Assembly (NCBI GenBank): GCA_964016885.1
Contig: OZ024742.1
Span: forward strand, 315,332,001 to 315,396,000
Source: Eledone cirrhosa
Taxonomy: Eukaryota
Direction of reading: 5' to 3'
Length of the DNA: 64,000 nucleotides
In this document: in pieces, positions 41,268 through 57,427 of the stretch
Layout: each line of letters starts with the position of its first letter
Position numbering within the stretch: the first letter of the stretch is position 1
Program-made: the position numbers and the translations under genes
Notes under the pieces: generated by a model
What the model was told of the DNA's origin: nothing
Seen by the model: only the letters and a program-made list of their open reading frames with translations
The model's database searches: none

Positions 41268-42050
41268 TATATCAGCACAAGATCAGTGTCTGCCAACAAA
41301 AAATTACCAAGCCAACATAATAAAAAATGGGTTCAGCCCATTATGCCGTGTATGCAAAAAAAAACCAGAGACCATTGACCATATAATTTCAATGTGCAGT
41401 CCTATAGCTCCAACCGAATACCTAAACAGGCATGACAGAGCTGCACAATACATACATTGGATAATGTGTAAGCATTTTGACCTGCCCTATTAAAAGAATT
41501 GGTGGGAGCATCAACCACCTCCCATACTTGAAAAAGATCACATCTCAATCTTGTGGAACTTTAGCATCCAAACAGACAGAAAAATAGATGCAAATAACCT
41601 GATATAATATTGAAGGACTTTCAAAAGAGGGTATGCCTGCTAATTGATATGTCTGTTCCAATAGACAAGAATGTATCTATAAAAACATTTGAAAAAGTGA
41701 GCAATTATAAGGACCTGGAGATAGAAATTGGAAAAATGTGGAAATTGAGAACTAAAACAATACCAGTGGTTGTAGGCGCTCTGGGAATGATACCTAAGGG
41801 GTCTAATGATTACATATCGCAAATCCCAGGAAACCCGCGTATAGGAGAAATACAAAAGATAGTACTAATGGGAACTGCCCATATACTAAGGAAGATTCTG
41901 TCAATATAAGTACATCACAAGTCTAAACACTAAAGATGCATGTGTGAATATGTATGTTCTTTCTTGAACATGGCGGACCTTGTTGTCTCTTGAGGTCACT
42001 GGTTGTGACTTGGTGATAACTCGTATGAACATAAAGCAAGATAAATGCAA
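41266..42050 (+). mobile_element. R4/Dong-clade LINE 3' end, copy 1, in (TAA)n
   Basis: C..C...ETIDHI...C, RHD and the RLE motif LIDMSVP...K...Y; (TAA)n on both sides. Confidence 0.9.
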
Positions 42051-42080
42051 ATAATAATAATAATAAAAATAATAATAATA

Positions 42081-43347
42081 AAAATTAGAAAATTCTTAAC
42101 CATGCACAGAATGCATCACCCTAAGGCAGATACAGATAGAATATATCTCCCTAGGAAAGAAGGAGGACGTAGGTTAATCCAGTTAGATATTGCGTTGAAA
42201 ACTGCAACAATTGGATTATCTACATATCTAAGTGAATTACAAGATTGGATGATCAAACTCGTTTTGAAACACGAATGCATCAAAAGATCATACTCCATTA
42301 CAAAAGATGCACAAAGATACAGTAATGGACTACAAATTTCAGAAGTCCCATTTACTGCTGAAATGGAAAACACAGAAAAAGCAAAGCAGGTAAAAGTAAC
42401 TGCAAAGAAAGAACTGCTACAGAAACTGGCTAAGAAATGGTAAGAAAAGCCTCTGTGTGAAAATACCCAGAACGAGCTAACAATCCTAATGTTGACAAAA
42501 CTTTAACCCATCAGTGGTTGACAATCCTCTGGACTGAAATCGGAGACTGAAGTACTGATTATATCAGCACAAGATCAGTGTCTGCCAACAAAAAATTACC
42601 AAGCCAACATAACAAAAAATGGATGCAACCCATTATGCCGTGTATGTAAAAAACAACCAGAGACGATTGATCATATAATTTCAATGTGCAGTCCTATAGC
42701 TCCAACCGAATACCTAAACAGGCATGACAGAGCTGCACAATACATACATTGGATAATGTGTAAGCATTTTGACCTGCCCTATCAAAAGAATTGGTGGGAG
42801 CATCAACCACCTCCCATACTTGAAAAAGATCACATCTCAATCTTGTGGAACTTTAGCATCCAAACAGACCGAAAAATAGATGCAAATAGACCTGATATAA
42901 TACTGAATGACTTTAAAAAGAGGGTATGCCTGCTAATTGATATGTCCGTTCCAATAGACAAGAATGTATCTATAAAAACATTTGAAAAAGTGAGCAATTA
43001 TAAGGACCTGGAGATAGAAATTGGAAAAATGTGGAAATTGAGAACTAAAACAATACCAGTGGTTGTAGGCGCTCTAGGAATGATACCTAAGGGGTCTAAT
43101 GATTACTTATCGCAAATCCCAGGAAACCCGCGTATAGGAGAAATACAAAAGATAGTACTAATGGGAACTGTCCATATACTAAGGAAGATTCTGTCAATAT
43201 AAGTACATCTCAAGTCTAAACACCTAAAGATGCAAGTGTGTGTATGTATGTTCTTTCTTGAACATGGCGGACCTTGTTGTCTCTTCAGGTCACTGGTTGT
43301 GACTTGGTGATAACTCGTATGAACATAAAGCAAGATAAATGCAACTG
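42081..43347 (+). mobile_element. R4/Dong-clade LINE 3' end, copy 2 (ORFs 42045-42443 and 42684-43202), in (TAA)n
   Basis: HHPKADTDRIYLPRKEGGR, RHDR, ANRPDI and IPVVVGALG (restriction-like endonuclease). Confidence 0.92.
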
Positions 43348-44340
43348 TAATAATAATAATAATAAAAATAATAATATTCTGTTTGTGGCTGTTTGCAAAC
43401 AAACTAAATATTAATAATATTATTATAATATCATTTTTCACGCACCAATACATTTAAGTATCCACCATGATAGAGTGAAAACAAATTTTGCTTTTTTTAC
43501 AATTTCGTGCATATTACTGTTCACTCCAATTCCCAAAACAGGAATTACTTATGCTCATATTCTGATCAAATTGTACGTATAAGGTAAATATAATTACCCA
43601 TGCAAAACAAACGAAGAAGTGTATATAGAAATATTTCATACTTATACTGAACAAGAAATTCATGAAATATTTAAGTATATTTTTCATAGTTTCAGTTGTA
43701 TTCTAAATCATATGGTTTTCCCTAATAAATTGAAGGAGCATATTCAAGAAAGTACTGGAAGGTATCCAAGTTAGAGAAGATAAACATATATAACGGTTCA
43801 ATTTGGCAACCATACAGTTGACAGCAGATATAAACATATCGAGATTCAAGTTTGAATATCATTAATGTAGAATTATTCTCTTCCCTAAAATCAGTCTAAT
43901 GCATCTTCAAATATATACATTGCACGAATATTCGGTTGAATGAGATTAATAATCGTTTCTACTTTCGGCACAAGGCCAGCAATTAAATCAGTGCATTACT
44001 GGTACTTTATTTTATCGGCCCCGTAAGGATGAAAGGCAAAGTTAACCTCGGCGGGATTTGAACGCAATGTATGTTTAGAACAGCAATATATTCTCTCCGC
44101 CACGGGAGAATGTACCTCTCTTAGGAAAGGAGAAATTATGAAATAGAAATGCATTGATTGTTACAGATTGGGTGGCATTATAAATCTGATTTAAATGTAT
44201 TAGAAATCCCTACTTATAAGTGACTTTAATATTTACCTTGCAGTATTCATTGTCATGCGCTGCATGTTATTGATTATAAATGTGTATGTAAATACACACA
44301 CATCTATATATCGCATTTCGCTTTTACTAATTTGGAATTT

Positions 44341-44448
<108 letters not shown>

Positions 44449-44473
44449 GATGATTGCTCTCTCCCATATATAT

Positions 44474-44523
44474 AAGCGATGAAATACCAATGAAGGTTGG
44501 AAGATCTCTGATGAAGGACTAAT

Positions 44524-44595
<72 letters not shown>

Positions 44596-44800
44596 GTCCT
44601 TCATCAGTGATCTTCCAACCTTCATTGGTATTTCATCGCTTTAATGATCATATACCTCTGGTTGGTGCGAGCAATAACTAAAGAAAGTTATTGGGAGACG
44701 TAAAATAGTGTGAAACGAGCGAGACATGTAAACAAACATAGATGGTATGGCTACGGAAAGATGAGAAGAGGGGAGACAAGTCCATGAAATCTTATAAGCT
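44474..44800 (-). mobile_element. Terminal repeat of a (TA)n-associated element; end palindromic across (TA)n; other copies at 59670-59900 and 60185-60285
   Basis: Arms at 44474-44530 and 44588-44641; all copies end at AGGACTAATTTTA followed by a microsatellite. Confidence 0.7.
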
Positions 44801-44804
44801 TAAG

Positions 44805-45090
44805 CTTATGTTTTCTATTTAATTTTGGTTGGAGTTCATTTATGTTTATTGCCTCTGTGATTTGTCTAAACATTGCGTCTTTTCTGTGTGTAGATTCTAT
44901 TTTTATTTCTATGTTCTCTAATTTGCCCTTATGTTCTATTTTAGCATGTTGGTGGAGTATTGATGATATATATATATATATATATATATATATCATCAAT
45001 ACTCCACCAACATGCTAAAATAGAACATAAGGGCAAATTAGAGAACATAGAAATAAAAATAGAATCTACACACAGAAAAGACGCAATGTT

Positions 45091-45095
<5 letters not shown>
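44805..45095. mobile_element. GIY-YIG coding fragment of the 61845 PLE family, folded into a palindrome around (TA)n
   Basis: QHAKIEHKGKLENIEIKIESTHRKDAMFRQ on both strands. Confidence 0.88.
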
Positions 45096-45158
<63 letters not shown>

Positions 45159-45864
45159 TTTCACACATGGATTAGTGAGTTTCATAATTTTTTACAGGGT
45201 TTATACAAATACATACTTATGAGTTTCGATTCCTCGTAACGAACGCTGGCCATTTTTTTCCGTCTATATGAATATTTTACTCAATTTTCTAACCTTTTAT
45301 TTATAACAACCAACTGTGTTTGCAGTTAATTTATGCGTCTGATTTTTCTACATTTTCTATATATAATCGCTCTGAATCTTTATTTATTCATTCTTATTCA
45401 CAGAACACTTTACTGAACCTTTACACGAAGAAATATGTACCTTATATTAGTGAGATATTTATTCTATATTCAATATAACGCCTTTTTTCTATTTGATATT
45501 TTTTGTTATTAATCTCTGTGAGTAGAACACTAATGCAAAGGTTTTTTATGTAGACAGACCGTATTTGAATCATAGAAGCTCCGGCTGTTTACGATAGTTT
45601 CTGGTTTTGCTTTGTGTTTGGCGATGAACATAAAACCAGGTTTCTTTTCCTTATATGTGACATTCTCTCTTAGGCCATTTTTATATATTAAAATACGGAT
45701 GTATTCATCTTCATAATGAATTTTTTCAAGCTATATACGAAGAAATATTTCCATTATATTATTTGTGAGATATTTCTTTAATCAATATATATATAGTGTC
45801 CCAAAAATATATACACACTTCAACAGCAGATAACTCAAATGTGCATACATTTGAGGAGACAGCC

Positions 45865-48210
<2,346 letters not shown>

Positions 48211-48329
48211 AACCAGTAAGACCCCGACGGCTGAGCTCAAGCCGTTTCGACGGCTAATTCTGGACTAAATGAAAATTTATCCTGGTATATAAATAGCCGA
48301 GCTTCTCAAGGGGTAATTCCATATATGGT
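48211..48329 (-). ncRNA. Type I hammerhead with UUGAGAA core
   Basis: Reverse-complement twin of 49112-49231 with an identical core. Confidence 0.82.
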
Positions 48330-49111
48330 CAAAGTGATTGTCACAAGGATTGGTCACAAGTTAGTAGTAATTCTTAGATGGCAAATTAGTGGGGGAGAGG
48401 GTGGCTAAACCTGCCAGTGGGAGAAAAAGGGGAGGGGGTGGAGTAGACCCAATCATGCGTTGGTAGTGCCGGCTACAGCTGGACATGAGGTCAAAGAAGA
48501 TACTAGGGAGGGGGAGGGGGAGGAAGTCGAAACGGTAAGTAGAACAATGAGGGGTAAAAATATATATATGAAAAAAAAAAAGACTGAGAGTGATAAAAAG
48601 CGAATAAATGTAAAGAAAAAAATATAAGCAATTTCTACGACCTAAGTCTCTAGCTATTGCTAGGCTAGATAAATAAATAAAGAAAGAAATAAAGAAATAA
48701 AGAAAGAAAGAAATAAAGAAATAAAGAAATAAAAAAATAAGTAAATAAACTAGGTGGGACGGAATAGGAAAGGACCCTTTTAAGAGGTATAAGTACGTAT
48801 ATCATACGGTGAAGGGTCAACAATGGGGGCCAAAATACTAAAGAAACTACCACGAAATAATTAATAAAGGGTTCTACCCCGGGCACAAGGCCAGCAACCA
48901 CCCAGTGCAGCAGGAAAGTAAACTAGTACGAGATAATAATTCTGAGTCCCGAAAAAATATACTAATGCTAACTCTAATGGTACCGCCACGCTACAAAAGT
49001 TCTTATACAAGCTACATGAAAGTTCGTACAGGTTTAGCCACCCTCTCCCCCACTAATTTGCCATCACAGAATTACTACTAACTTGTGACCAATCCTTGTG
49101 ACAATCACTTT

Positions 49112-49231
49112 AACCATATATGGAATTACCCCTTGAGAAGCTCGGCTATTTATATACCAGGATAAATTTTCATTTAGTCCAGAATTAGCCGTCGAAACGG
49201 CTTGAGCTCAGCCGTCGGGGTCTTACTGGTT
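49112..49231 (+). ncRNA. Type I hammerhead with UUGAGAA core and GUC cleavage site
   Basis: Stem I ACCCC/GGGGU; core at 49133-39; stem II G..CGGCUA/UAGCCG.C; GAAA at 49194-97; stem III ACGGC/GCCGU with palindromic loop UGAGCUCA; GUC at 49214-16. Confidence 0.85.
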
Positions 49232-49313
49232 CTTAATACCCACTCTACTACCCTAAGTATTGAGTACTTTGGTGCGTTATGGTCCACCTGGTTCCTTGCC
49301 ACATTTCCTTCGT

Positions 49314-49411
<98 letters not shown>

Positions 49412-50064
49412 AAAATGTATGACCCCAAGGGTCATGCTTTTTCCTATTTCCCACTCTACTACCCTAAGTATTGAGTACTGTAGTGCGTTATGGTCCATCT
49501 GGTTCCTTACCACAATTCCTTTGTTATATACATATATATATATTATTCGCTTTTGTATATATTTTGCAGCATACGCTATTTAAAGTCATGTTAAAACAGG
49601 TAGGGTTATTTTGTAGTGGGTGTGCGCATGCTGCCAATAAAAACACGCGAACCGGTAAAGTTCAATTTTTTTTATTAATCATAACCTAATTGTAAAATCT
49701 CTATGTGTGCGCGCGTGTGGTTGTGTGAGAGAGAGAGTTGCAGTTTCCACAAGTTTGTGTCTGTTTACTTCTATCTACATAGTGGATTTATTTGAGCCTA
49801 CAACCTTTGTATATCCTTTATTATTATATATATATATATATATATGTATGCATATGCATACATCTATGCATATATTTGAGTGTTCCTGGAAAACTGCATA
49901 GAGTGAATGATCACACATGAAGGACCCGTTTTTCATCACCTTTATAGGACCACTCTTACGATAATTTTCCTCTTAACTAATATTGCGGAGCTCCGGTGTT
50001 TCAGATATTTGGGAAACACGAATTTAGCGTAATACTAATGGAGGATGTCTTTCTTAATGCTTTT

Positions 50065-50400
50065 AGTTGATTATTGTGCTATATGGACAGAAGCCGCATC
50101 CCTAAGGAGCTACTGCTTGTCCAACTTGTGTGCGGATTGTGCTCATTAACCTGTCCCTACATGAGATATAGAAGTATGTTCCTAACATACGTTCATTCAG
50201 TGCATATTGAAATTGTAGGACAGAATCAAACCATTCATTCTGGAGACATACAGTGAAGGTATGGCGTGCGGGGCGGAAGCTGATGATCGAACTGAGCTTC
50301 AAACAATAAGAAAGTTGAAAGACATCGACTTCATATGACAACAGTCTTCTTCTGAGGTAACTGCTATAGGTAACTGCTATTGAATACGATATGCCAGCAG
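50065..50400 (+). mobile_element. Decayed RTE-like LINE 3' end
   Basis: MDRSRIPKELLLVQL..G...P.MRYR. Confidence 0.6.
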
Positions 50401-50591
50401 GAGAGGGATTGGGGTGAAAATGTTTGGAGAAGAAAGAAGAAAAGAGAGAAGAAATTTCAGCTGTCCCCCTAAAGAGGTAACGATAGTCGACCGACAAGAT
50501 CCCAGACCTTATTCGCGTAACGAGTTGGGTGGAGCTCGTCAAATCGGACCGAGGAATTTCCAATTGCTAACGCTATCTACCGGTCGCAAAT

Positions 50592-50655
<64 letters not shown>

Positions 50656-52897
50656 CCGTGAAGATAGATTTATGTATATTGTCTTGTATTTGATTTGAGT
50701 TATTTACGTTTCTTCTTTTTTCCTGATTTAGATTTAAGTTTGCCAGTAGACAGCTGTTTCAACTTTTCCCTCGTTGCACTACCTAACCTCTATTAAAGTT
50801 TTACCAAATAGAGTCTGACATTTCTTTGGAATTATCTTCTCGAAATAGAATATTACACTTCAGGATGACAGTGATTAAAATGGAAAAGTATAGGTTGCGG
50901 CTTTCGTCTTTCATTAGGCGAGATTTCCTCATTTGTTATACCGACATCGGGAGTCCGTTGATAAAGCTATGAGAAATATATTAATATCCTTCAATAAGTA
51001 TTCCCTTTACCTCTAAATATATAATTTTGTTTGTTTTTCTAGCCATGTATTCTTGCAATACTATTTATGCTTAAGCATGACGTTGGTTTTATGAATTATT
51101 GTCTCATGATATTACTGGTGTTACTGTAACAATATTTTTGTATTACTAGTGAGATCGTATTACTAGTGAGATTACCAGTGTTATTTTCTTATGAATTTTG
51201 TATGTTGTATTCAAATCTCGACCAGGTCAACTTTGCCTTTCGTCCTTCCGAAGGTCAATAAGTCAAATACTTGGGTCAATTTAATTTACATTCTTCTTCC
51301 CACAAATTAATGGCTTTATGTTTAAATTAGGAACCATTATTATGGTGAAATGAAATTCTCAAAGCAGCTAATTTTGGTCTCTAATGTTTACTCCAACTGA
51401 CAATGATAATTATTTCTTTCATATTCATAAAGGTGAAACTACGTATCTAGAAAAGGAGTATACTTGTGGCGTTGATATCTGTTTCAATTATATTAATGAC
51501 GTAAAGAAGCGAAATATATTTATTCAAAAATGAAAATCAATTCGTTTCTACGGTGGCCAAGCCAGTTATTTATTTATATATATATATATTTTTTTTTTTT
51601 TTTACTTGGCATGTAGCCTAATATTTTAAGGAGTACAGCCAAGAAGCACCTATACTTTTTTTAAGGATGTTATCGACTCAAGAGAGTTGCTAAGATGCAA
51701 ATTTAAAATCGAACCTGACTATCCGGAGGATAGTTTCAATTATTCGGTGCATACTAATAATGATTTCTCACATTAGCATAAATTTACAAATTTGTACAAG
51801 AGTAATATATTTGATTGAATCTACACTAGTTCATAATTGATGCTTATTAAGTTGTAGGCAAGAAAATCTAAGTCAACCTTGGCCCGATTTGAATACAAAA
51901 CGAAAAGAAACAAAACACTATGTGAATCAATATGCTTATTTCTAAAATATTGATATACATACAAATATAGAAACTTCACAACACACCTTCATCTTTAATG
52001 TCAACCTCAATAGGATTCCCATTCATTGTAATTATGAAACATTTAATACATTGTCACCCGCCGACAATTTAGTATCATTTTCATATACCAGTTAGGGTTT
52101 GACTACATAGAACCGCTTTTTATTGGTCGATGGTTACTAAAACAGTGCATACCACGAAGAATGATGTCCATAACTATATAGGTAGAGAAACACATATATA
52201 ATTGCTGACATTCATATAGAAAATGTAGAAAAATCAGACGCAGTTACAATGAAATTTTCTTCTTGAGTCTACTCGTTCCATGTTCACTATTACAGAAGGT
52301 GTTAGTCTGAGTAGGTATAAAAAACATTTATCGCACCAGACTTCACAGTCTTTGACGTTTTTGATGGTAAGTACGCATCTATTCGGTCGAAATCGAACTA
52401 CAGAGTTCAAATCTCGCCGAGGTTAACTTTGCCTTTCATCCTTACGGGGTCGATAAAATAAAGTACCAGTAATGTACTGGGTAATTGCTGGTAATTTTCT
52501 ATTTCAGAGCTCCTACAGTTTGGAAGAAAGGTTGCTTGCATTCTGGCAAGAGCATGGAGGATGTGCGACATGACTTCACTGCAAGATTCGGCAAACCAGC
52601 TTCTCCGAAGAGGACGATACTGCGATGGGAACATAAACTGTTTCTCATTACTTTTTCGTAGGGAGGTGACAAGACTTTCGGACCACCTTGTACTATATTA
52701 GTATTAAAATGTGGCACAAGAACATTCTACTATAGACGGAATACTGTGCAGCCCATATTGGAAGTTTATACTCACAAAATCATTATCGCTCATGTTTAAA
52801 AGCCTACACTACTGATAGTAAGCTTTCCCTCAACAACATCCAAAAATCAGCAGCTCACATGTTTTCTTTCCTTTTGCTGTATCCTATATTACAACTG

Positions 52898-53215
52898 AAG
52901 GCGCGTAGCATTCTGGTTAGGGTATTCGGCTCACAATCATAAGTTCGTAAGTTCGATTCCTGGCGGGGCATTGTGTTCTTGAGCAAGATACTTTATTTCA
53001 CGTTGCTCCAGTTGACTCAGCTGGTAAAAATGAGTTGTACATATAATTTGACAGCCTTGTCACATTCTGTGTTACGCTGAATCTCCCTGAGAACTACGTT
53101 ATGGGTGCGCGTGTCTGTGGAATGCTCAGCCACATGCATGTTAATTTCACGAGCAGGCTGTTCTGTTGATCGTATCAACTGGAACACTCGTCATCGTAAC
53201 TGACGGAGTGCCATG
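52898..53215 (+). mobile_element. Second tRNA-derived SINE family, full length (fragments also near 35140-35290, 39055-39200 and 54610-54750)
   Basis: tRNA-like head with B-box GTTCGATTC; core TGTGTTCTTGAGCAAGATACTT...CTCAGCT. Confidence 0.85.
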
Positions 53216-54811
53216 ACTGAATATTAATGCTATCTCAGTTTCTGCTCTTTTGAATTGACAAGATGTTCACCACTCCTGCATAAACCAATCTAGTACCCAC
53301 GTCTCTCCTCTCAAAACGCTGCTGCGTATCAATCTACAATTCGGTGTTGAACCATTGTCTCGTGATTTTTAAACGAGCAACGTTCTACAACCGATTTCAT
53401 GCATATATTTTTCCAAAAATACACCGATCAGCAGACATTTAAGATGATCTAAACTATCTGTGAACCCTCAAGAATTATGTACATACTCAGACTAAATAAA
53501 AATGGATACAAGGAGACTAAATATAAATTGACAAGCTCAATGACAAGTTTTCTGTTGTCTTTAACTATCCTTCACCTAACAGTAATGCCACACTCTCCAA
53601 CACGTTCTTTATAGATTTAGAAATGTAATATTTCGTTACATAACCTAACATTTACCATGAAGCAATGGCTCGCACATGATCTGGCTCGATAATTGAGAAG
53701 TAGAAATTTTACAGGCATGTCATTTGTTTTCTAATCAATATCTCCACAACACTAGTACAATTTTTTCCATTACACATACACACATGCTGGTTTTAAAATG
53801 TAAAAATTGATTTTGACGAACATTAAAGTGACATTTTATGGTTGAAAACCAAGTCAGCTGAAATGATTTCTCTCCTAATAGTTGTTTTTGAAATGAATTG
53901 AAAATGATGAAAGCTTCTGGTTTTAGAAACTTTTTTTTTTTAACAATTTTCTGAATTTCGACCAAATAATTTCAAATAATTTTCACTTGAAGCATTATGA
54001 GATATGTGGTTATATTTGTTTTGGAAAAGACGGTGCAAAACAAATTAGAAATACAGAAGTCAAAACTAGAATAGAACAAGAAAAACAAAACAGTTTACTC
54101 CTTTGTCTTATATTTCATGATATTTCCAAATTAGAAATGCTTTTACAAAAACAACAAATAGTTTCCATACATGTATTTCTAATTTGCTTTATACTGAATT
54201 TCCCCAAACAACCAATAGTTTTCATTTATTTACTCGTTTCTATATTACTCTATTTACCTGAATTCATATATATGTTTTTATAGAAAAGTATCCTTTGTTT
54301 CAGATTTTGGAAAATTCCTGTTAGCATACATCTCAGTTTAAGTTATTAAATTTATTATTGAGATGATGCTTCTTCTTATTGTATATATACATCACAAGGA
54401 TTGTTCTTCGTTTCCATAGTAGGAACAAATAGATTTTAAGTTTGTCATTTTCAGTTATAATGGACTATCTATCTGTGTTCCATCAAGAATATTATAAAGT
54501 AACAAATATGAAAGTCAGCTCTGAAAGTGGATGTAAAATGCCATAAAGTATCCAAGGCAGTCAATAATAGACAAACTCTTTTAAACTTTCATATACCAGG
54601 TGAAAGAGCACGAACTGGTGGTTGGAGTGTTACATTCATGATCGTATAGTCATGGGTTCGATTCCAGCACATAGTGGCGCATAGTATCTTTGAACAAGAC
54701 ACTTCATTTCATGCTGTGTCAGTTCACTCAGCTAAATAAAATTTGAACCAGTATTGCTGGAAGTTAATAATATGACCGACTGATATCATATCTGTGAGAA
54801 GTCAACTTAGC

Positions 54812-54869
<58 letters not shown>

Positions 54870-55674
54870 ATATATACATATATATATATATGTAGTGTGT
54901 GTATTTACGAGCGTTAATCTTCAAAAGAGTTAAGCACAAGAAATACAACGGGGAAAATAATAAGATTTTGGGTTGTTTCTTCGAATTTCAAAAAATAAAC
55001 TTAAAAAGAAATATATATCAAAGAAGAATCGTTGAGATTTAATATTACTGTAAAGTCATATTTTGTTCAAAACTAATAGAACGAAATCTTTTCAGATTTC
55101 AATTTACTTTTTTATGCCTCTAATCTTTAGTGTTTTAATGAAGCGAATCACTTCTCACAGATATAACTAAGTTATCAATAACAAGCAGACATAAATCCTT
55201 TGATTTAATTGTACATTTGACTTGTTTGAGTAATATTTTTGTGCTTTTTAGGGAAAGGGGTGTATTTTAATATTTCATATATCGCTGTCTGTATCCTACC
55301 AGTTTAACTAGATTTTATTAAAGTCAGACATCATAAAATATTTCATTTGATTTTACAGAACATTCTGAGGATATTAATTTGCTAAATTTCAAATATACAA
55401 TTATTATTTTGTGTTTTGAATTAATTTGTGTTACTAATGGCGATAGAAAGCAGTGTATTTTATTTGTATTCGTTTGTGTGTGTGTGTTTGTGTGTGTGTC
55501 TGAGTGTGTGCCTGTTTGTGTCTGCCTGTGTGTGTGTATGTGTGTGTATGTGTGTGTGTGAGCGTGCGTACGTGTCTGTGTATGCGTGTATATCGGTAGA
55601 TGAATTGATAAACAGTGTCGTTCTCTTCAGTATGTTTTTAATACAAAAATTTGTTTTAAATAGTATGCATGCAT

Positions 55675-55706
<32 letters not shown>

Positions 55707-56148
55707 GGAGTATAAATGCACACGCAAACAATATATCTAATATACAGTTTAATATATTAATAACCGTTTATAATCAACAGTGAAAGTGTTTACTGTAAAT
55801 AGACGTCATTTAATTAGACTGTAGGAAAATGCTATGATAGTCACGTGGGATGGGCGGGGGCGGGTACGTAATATTAATATTATCATTAAACATTTAAACG
55901 TGGTTTATATCTGTTAAATTAGATATTTCTCCTTGTTTAACCTTTGTAATTCGGCAATGTCATACGTAACTTGATAAATTAGAAACCTTCTGAAGTTAGG
56001 AAATACAAGAAAGATTTCATTGAGGGTACATATAGAAACATATAGATAGATATATAGTGGTAGAACACTGGAAGGTAATATCCGTAGTGGTAGAGCACTC
56101 AGTCCATGGGACGAGTTAGGTAGAAGTGGTTACACAACAGTTAGTTCA

Positions 56149-56198
56149 CCATACCGAGAACAGTTGTTTCACCTTAGCTGATCCTCAGCTCGTAATGG
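56149..56198 (-). ncRNA. Type I hammerhead with canonical CUGAGGA core
   Basis: CCAUUACGAG-CUGAGGA-weak stem II-GAAAC(AACU)GU-U-CUCGGUAUGG. Confidence 0.75.
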
Positions 56199-56735
56199 AC
56201 ATGGTTATACGGAACAGGAAGGACAACCTTACGAACGCGCATGCGCAGAAACGATCACTTCACACAGGCAATACTAAATTGCGTGCGAGAGGTGTAAGGG
56301 AGTTAACTGCGAAAGCCCGAAAGTTTCTAGCTGACAAGAAAATTAGGATGTTGTGGTAATTCAATCCGGAGCTTTGTAGTTATGTAAGAGGTGTTTCCAG
56401 ACATGTGGACAACGTGCGAAAAATTCATTTCTCGTGTTTAGGCAATCACTATTGCGTAATCTCTTTAGAATATTTATTCGTTCATCAATACATAGTCCAC
56501 ACGACGGATTGCCCCTTGCGTATGGCTTGGACGTAGTGATGGCTTTCCATTGAATGGAGTAGTCTATACTTGAGTCCTTGAGGGACCATACGTGGCTCGC
56601 GAGTTTCGTGGATGAACGTCTGTCCGGGTACCTAAAGGTCGACTAGGTCATAAATACCGCTCCATCTTTAACCGACACAAAATAAAACTAGGATACTCCT
56701 GCGCTAAAAATAAAACTAGGATACTCCTGCGCTAC

Positions 56736-57215
56736 ATGGAGGGCCACATCACCAGCAGCCCTAAGAGCTCTTGCCCTAAGCCCAAAGCTTGTCCCCTTCA
56801 ACAGCAATGCAACACACCTGCTGTAGTTTATGAAGCTGTGGTCACTTCCAACCGACCAAATCAAACACAGGAGGTCAAATCATATGTGGGTATGGGGGAG
56901 GGCCGATTTAAGGAACGCTTCTTGAACCACCAGTCGACCTTTAGGTACCCGGACAGACGTTCATCCACGAAACTCGCGAGCCACGTATGGTCACTCAAGG
57001 ACTCAAGTATAGACTACTCCATTCAATGGAAAGCCATCACTAAGTCCAAGCCATACGCAAGGGGCAATCCGTCGTGTGGACTATGTATTGATGAACGAAT
57101 AAATATTCTAAAGAGATTACACAATAGTGATTGCCTAAACACGAGAAATGAATTTTTTACACGTTGTCGACACGTCTGGAAACACCTCATAAATAACTAC
57201 AAATCTCCGGATTGA
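56736..57215 (+). CDS. PLE GIY-YIG endonuclease fragment
   Basis: CPL...C...VVYEA...YVGMGEGRFKERF.NH...CGLCIDE...LNTRNE...CRH. Confidence 0.92.
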   Translation: MEGHITSSPKSSCPKPKACPLQQQCNTPAVVYEAVVTSNRPNQTQEVKSYVGMGEGRFKERFLNHQSTFRYPDRRSSTKLASHVWSLKDSSIDYSIQWKAITKSKPYARGNPSCGLCIDERINILKRLHNSDCLNTRNEFFTRCRHVWKHLINNYKSPD

Positions 57216-57377
57216 AATACAACAACATCCTAATTTTCTTATCAACTAGAAACTTTCGGACTTTCGCAGTTATCTCCCTTACACCTCTCGCACGCAATTT
57301 AGTATTGCCTGTGTGAAGTGATCGTTTCTGCGCATGCGCGTTCGTACGGCTGCCCTTCCTGTTCCGTATAACCATGT

Positions 57378-57427
57378 CCATTACGAGCTGAGAATCCGCT
57401 AAGGTGAAACAATTGTTTTCGGTATGG
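57378..57427 (+). ncRNA. Hammerhead twin of 56149 with uncompensated G8-to-A change (CUGAGAA)
   Basis: Palindromic stem III ACAAUUGU; probably impaired. Confidence 0.65.

Larger units (their letters stand above)
48209..49313. mobile_element. Non-coding PLE derivative with inverted pseudo-LTRs (48209-48413 and 49030-49233) plus an 80-nt tail, in (TA)n
   Basis: Near-identical inverted arms, each containing a full hammerhead. Confidence 0.85.

Noticed and set aside
44478-44530. CTGATGA with an upstream GAAA as a type II hammerhead (also at 59671 and 60185)
   Set aside because: Stems I and II cannot be formed, and the element ends in microsatellite before any downstream GAAA.
50440-50550. Minus-strand TTGACGA...AGCTGAAA hammerhead-like motif
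   Set aside because: Stems I and III do not pair.
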